This document shows positions 60,976 to 64,000 of a stretch of DNA of 64,000 bases, piece by piece (position 1 is the stretch's first letter; each line of letters starts with the position of its first letter). The notes under the pieces were generated by a model. The model ran no database searches. It was not told the origin of the DNA and saw nothing but the letters and a program-made list of their open reading frames with translations. Origin of the DNA: an uncultured delta proteobacterium (GTDB lineage Bacteria > Desulfobacterota > Desulfuromonadia > Desulfuromonadales > BM103); assembly GCA_963715335.1 (NCBI GenBank), contig CAVQRZ010000023.1, positions 96,001 to 160,000 of the forward strand. Reading direction: 5' to 3'. A program made the translations under genes and the position numbers.

Positions 60976-61774
60976 CCTGTACTCCTGTTTCATCTGCCTC
61001 CAGAGCATTGGCCAGGCGGCCAAACTCCTCCAGTGCCAGTGTTTCACCGCGACGACGGGGGTCGATATCGGTCTCTGCAAAAGCACGGTCAACCTGTTCA
61101 GGTTGCCAGCCTGAGCCGAGCAGGCTGTTGCGCAGGGTTTTGCGCCTCTGGGCGAAAGCGCCACGGACGAGTCGCCTGAATCGCTCTTCATCGCGCAGCT
61201 CGACGCGCGGCTCCGCTAAAGGCGTGAGGCAAAGCACGACGGAGTCAACCTTCGGCGGCGGAAAAAAGGCTTTCGGCGGCACCTTTACAACCCTGTCAAT
61301 CTGAAACCAGGTCTGCATCAGGACGCTCAGGATGCCATATTCACGCGAGTTTTGCTCGGCAAGCAACCGCTCGCCGACTTCCTTCTGGAACATCAGGACC
61401 AGGCGTTGGAACGCCTGGCGATGTTCAAGCACGCGAAATAAAATCTGGCTGGAGATATTGTATGGCAGGTTGGCAATCAGCTTGTAGGGAGGGGTGCGCA
61501 GAAGGTCCGCCCAGTCGAGACGAAGGACATCGCCGATAACGATGTCGAGGTTATGATTGGTGCGCTCCTGCAAGGTGGCAGCGAGGTCGCGATCAATTTC
61601 AACCGCCAGGACCGGCAAACCGGTCTCAAGGAGACGGTTCGTCAGAGCTCCTGCCCCCGGCCCGATTTCCAGTATCCGGTCACCTTCCTGAAGTTCCGCA
61701 GCATTTACGATGCGATCCAGCACGTGCTGATCTCGCAGGAAGTTCTGACCGAACCGTTTTCTTGGACGATGCAT
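60950..61774 (-). CDS. rsmA: 16S rRNA adenine dimethyltransferase
   Basis: KRFGQNFL, EIGPGAGALT, ANLPYNISS, MFQKEV, PPPKVDS. Confidence 0.97.
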   Translation of the reverse strand: MHRPRKRFGQNFLRDQHVLDRIVNAAELQEGDRILEIGPGAGALTNRLLETGLPVLAVEIDRDLAATLQERTNHNLDIVIGDVLRLDWADLLRTPPYKLIANLPYNISSQILFRVLEHRQAFQRLVLMFQKEVGERLLAEQNSREYGILSVLMQTWFQIDRVVKVPPKAFFPPPKVDSVVLCLTPLAEPRVELRDEERFRRLVRGAFAQRRKTLRNSLLGSGWQPEQVDRAFAETDIDPRRRGETLALEEFGRLANALEADETGVQDGTTDRNR

Positions 61775-61817
61775 AAAATAAGTGGCTCGAAGTGAGAGGC
61801 GCGAAAATGATTACGTT

Positions 61818-62339
61818 TTAATCGCGCTTCGCATCTCGCGATTCACGATCCTTGAACTTACGATGCCACCGCCGACGCGGCCAGCGGGGCACCCGCCAGT
61901 TCTTGACGATTGGCACCATGCGCAGGGTTACGAAATAACACAGCGTGCCAAGAATGAGCCCGGAGATGATACCGCCGACCCACAACGGATAGATGATATG
62001 CCAGCCGAGATCGGCGTAGGCGCGCCAGGTAAACTCGGTCGGCAGCGATGCCCGGGGCATACCAAGCAGGATGCGTCCCATTTCGTATTCGATTGCGTAG
62101 ATGACCGGCGCCGTCACCGGGTTGGTCACCCAGACGCCAAGGATTGCCGCGAGGCGATTTTCCCGCAGCAGGTAGGCAAACAGCAGCGCAATTGCCATCT
62201 GGAAACCAAAGGTCGGCGTCATCCCGATAAATATCCCGAGCGCAACACCCTTGGCAATTTCATCCGGTAGCCCGCGCAGGCGAACGAAGCGAACCAGCAT
62301 CAACTTGGTTTGTCTGATGAACCCGACGCCACGCCACAT
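61818..62339 (-). CDS. DUF2062-family membrane protein
   Basis: PDEIAKGVALGIFIG, WVTNPVT. Confidence 0.85.
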   Translation of the reverse strand: MWRGVGFIRQTKLMLVRFVRLRGLPDEIAKGVALGIFIGMTPTFGFQMAIALLFAYLLRENRLAAILGVWVTNPVTAPVIYAIEYEMGRILLGMPRASLPTEFTWRAYADLGWHIIYPLWVGGIISGLILGTLCYFVTLRMVPIVKNWRVPRWPRRRWHRKFKDRESRDAKRD

Positions 62340-62368
62340 CGTTCAAATCGCTCCGTTTTCGCTTTGAA

Positions 62369-63385
62369 TCAGGTTACACCAACCATATCCAGAGGCCAAC
62401 TCGAAATGGCGTTCACCTTGTCATCTGCATGTTGTCCATTTTCCAGGTAGTAATCTGCCGGGACACCAAGCATGGCGGCATTGTCCCCGCAAAGCGATGG
62501 GCTCGGGAAATAAATCCGGACGCTTTGCTTCTCGGCCAATTCGTGGAATCGCAACCGCAGGCCCGAGTTGCAGGCGACTCCACCGGCAACCACAATCCGT
62601 TCCAGCCCTTCCTGTGCCGCGGCACGCAGGGTTTTGCGGGTCAAAACTTCGACCACCGCCTCCTGGAAACTGGCGGCGATATCAGCCAGGTGCCGGTCAT
62701 CGATCTGTTTGCCGGCACTTTCGATATACTGCAAGACCGCGGTTTTGATGCCGCTGAAGCTGAAATCAAAGTTCGGCTTGTGCAGCATGGGGCGCGGAAA
62801 GGCAATCGCGGCCGGGTTGCCCTGCCCGGCCAGCTTATCAATCAGTGCCCCGCCAGGGTAGCCCAGACCGAGCAGTTTGGCCACCTTGTCGTAAGCCTCC
62901 CCAGCGGCATCGTCCAGGGTCTGGCCTATGATCCGGTAATGACCAATACCGTCAACCCGGTAAAGGTGGGTATGCCCGCCGGAGACCGCCAGGGCCAGGA
63001 AAGGAAACTCAGGCGGGTCCTCGAGGAAAGGGGCCAGGATATGCCCCTCCATGTGGTGCACGGCGGCCAGTGGGATATCGAGCGCCCAGGCCAGGGACTT
63101 GGCAGTAGAAAGCCCGACCAGCAGGGCTCCGACCAGGCCAGGTCCGCGGGTAACCCCGATGCCTTCAATTGCATTGAGGGTTACTCCGGCCTTTTCCAAA
63201 GCGGCATTGACCACCACCGAGACGGCTTCGACGTGCTTGCGTGATGCGAGCTCCGGGACGACGCCACCATACCGGGCGTGGACATCCACTTGCGATGCGA
63301 CGATATTCGAAAGCACGCTGCGGCCATCGCGAATGACTGCCGCCGCGGTTTCATCACAGGATGATTCGATACATAAAGTCAGCAT
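62369..63385 (-). CDS. tsaD: tRNA t6A threonylcarbamoyltransferase
   Basis: IESSCDET, GGVVPELASRKH, HMEGH, SGGHT, DDAAGEAYDK, DNAAM. Confidence 0.97.
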   Translation of the reverse strand: MLTLCIESSCDETAAAVIRDGRSVLSNIVASQVDVHARYGGVVPELASRKHVEAVSVVVNAALEKAGVTLNAIEGIGVTRGPGLVGALLVGLSTAKSLAWALDIPLAAVHHMEGHILAPFLEDPPEFPFLALAVSGGHTHLYRVDGIGHYRIIGQTLDDAAGEAYDKVAKLLGLGYPGGALIDKLAGQGNPAAIAFPRPMLHKPNFDFSFSGIKTAVLQYIESAGKQIDDRHLADIAASFQEAVVEVLTRKTLRAAAQEGLERIVVAGGVACNSGLRLRFHELAEKQSVRIYFPSPSLCGDNAAMLGVPADYYLENGQHADDKVNAISSWPLDMVGVT

Positions 63386-63459
63386 TGCAATCGGGGGTCG
63401 GGGGCTGGGGGCTGGGGGTCGGCAAAAGACTTTCTAGTCCCCAGCCCCCAGCCTCCGCC

Positions 63460-64000
63460 TCAAAGGAGGTTGGCGGCCAATTCGGCCAGACAGGAGCGCT
63501 CGCCTTTGGTCAGGGTCACATGGCCGGCAATTTGCTCGCCTTTGAACTTATCTACGACGTAGGTCAGGCCGTTGCTGGCAGAATCAATATAAGGGTTGTC
63601 GATCTGGTACGGATCCCCCGTGAGGATGATCTTCGTGCCTTCACCGGCACGGGTGACAATCGTCTTGATTTCATGTGGCGTCAGGTTCTGGGCTTCGTCG
63701 ACGATCATGTACTGTTTCGGAATGGAGCGGCCGCGGATATAGGTTAAAGCCTCGATTTCGAGCAGGCCGAGGTCAACCAGTTCCTTGTAGCCGCGCTTGC
63801 GCTTGCTCCCCTCTTCTACAGCACCGAGGAGCAGCTCGACATTATCGAAGATCGGCTGCATCCAGGGAGACAGTTTTTCTTCGAGGTCTCCAGGCAGAAA
63901 GCCGAGGTCGCGGCCGAGCGGAAAGACCGGACGGGAGACCAGCAGGCGGCTGTAGCTGCCTTCATCGGCTGATTTGCTCAAACCGGCAGCAATCGCCAGC
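63460..64000 (-). CDS. PhoH-family ATPase (5' end outside window)
   Basis: LGFLPGDLEEK, YIRGRS, DEAQN, TRAGEG, GDPYQID. Confidence 0.9.
   Translation of the reverse strand, partial: LAIAAGLSKSADEGSYSRLLVSRPVFPLGRDLGFLPGDLEEKLSPWMQPIFDNVELLLGAVEEGSKRKRGYKELVDLGLLEIEALTYIRGRSIPKQYMIVDEAQNLTPHEIKTIVTRAGEGTKIILTGDPYQIDNPYIDSASNGLTYVVDKFKGEQIAGHVTLTKGERSCLAELAANLL

Overview
This looks like core chromosome of a Desulfuromonadales/Geobacter-like deltaproteobacterium, inferred from gene order and the tmRNA tag ADTDVRYALAA. Housekeeping blocks include rnc, tmk-holB-PSP1-metG-tatD, cysE-iscR-iscS-iscU-mnmA-mtaB, ilvA, fumarase, mutL-miaA-hfq, pgi, smpB-ssrA, panB-panC-panP, NAD-GDH, rsmA, tsaD and phoH. 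The main accessory feature is a ~6.5 kb RiPP-type cassette (20547-27070) resembling the uncharacterised SynChlorMet cassette. It has two radical SAM/SPASM enzymes, two PqqD/RRE proteins, an HPr-kinase-like protein, an S24/S26 peptidase, an ABC exporter and a 68-aa precursor with a WxxP leader and four CxxG repeats. A ~520-540 bp non-coding element occurs twice (19895-20445, 45948-46470). It is bounded by palindromes and has two mirror-image arms on opposite strands, each showing covarying double-pseudoknot pairings. Many gene junctions carry 7-nt-period inverted-repeat hairpins. A pan RNA motif with a terminator lies upstream of panB. Four single-base frameshifts are probably assembly errors. 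All calls come from motif recognition by eye; no database searches were run.
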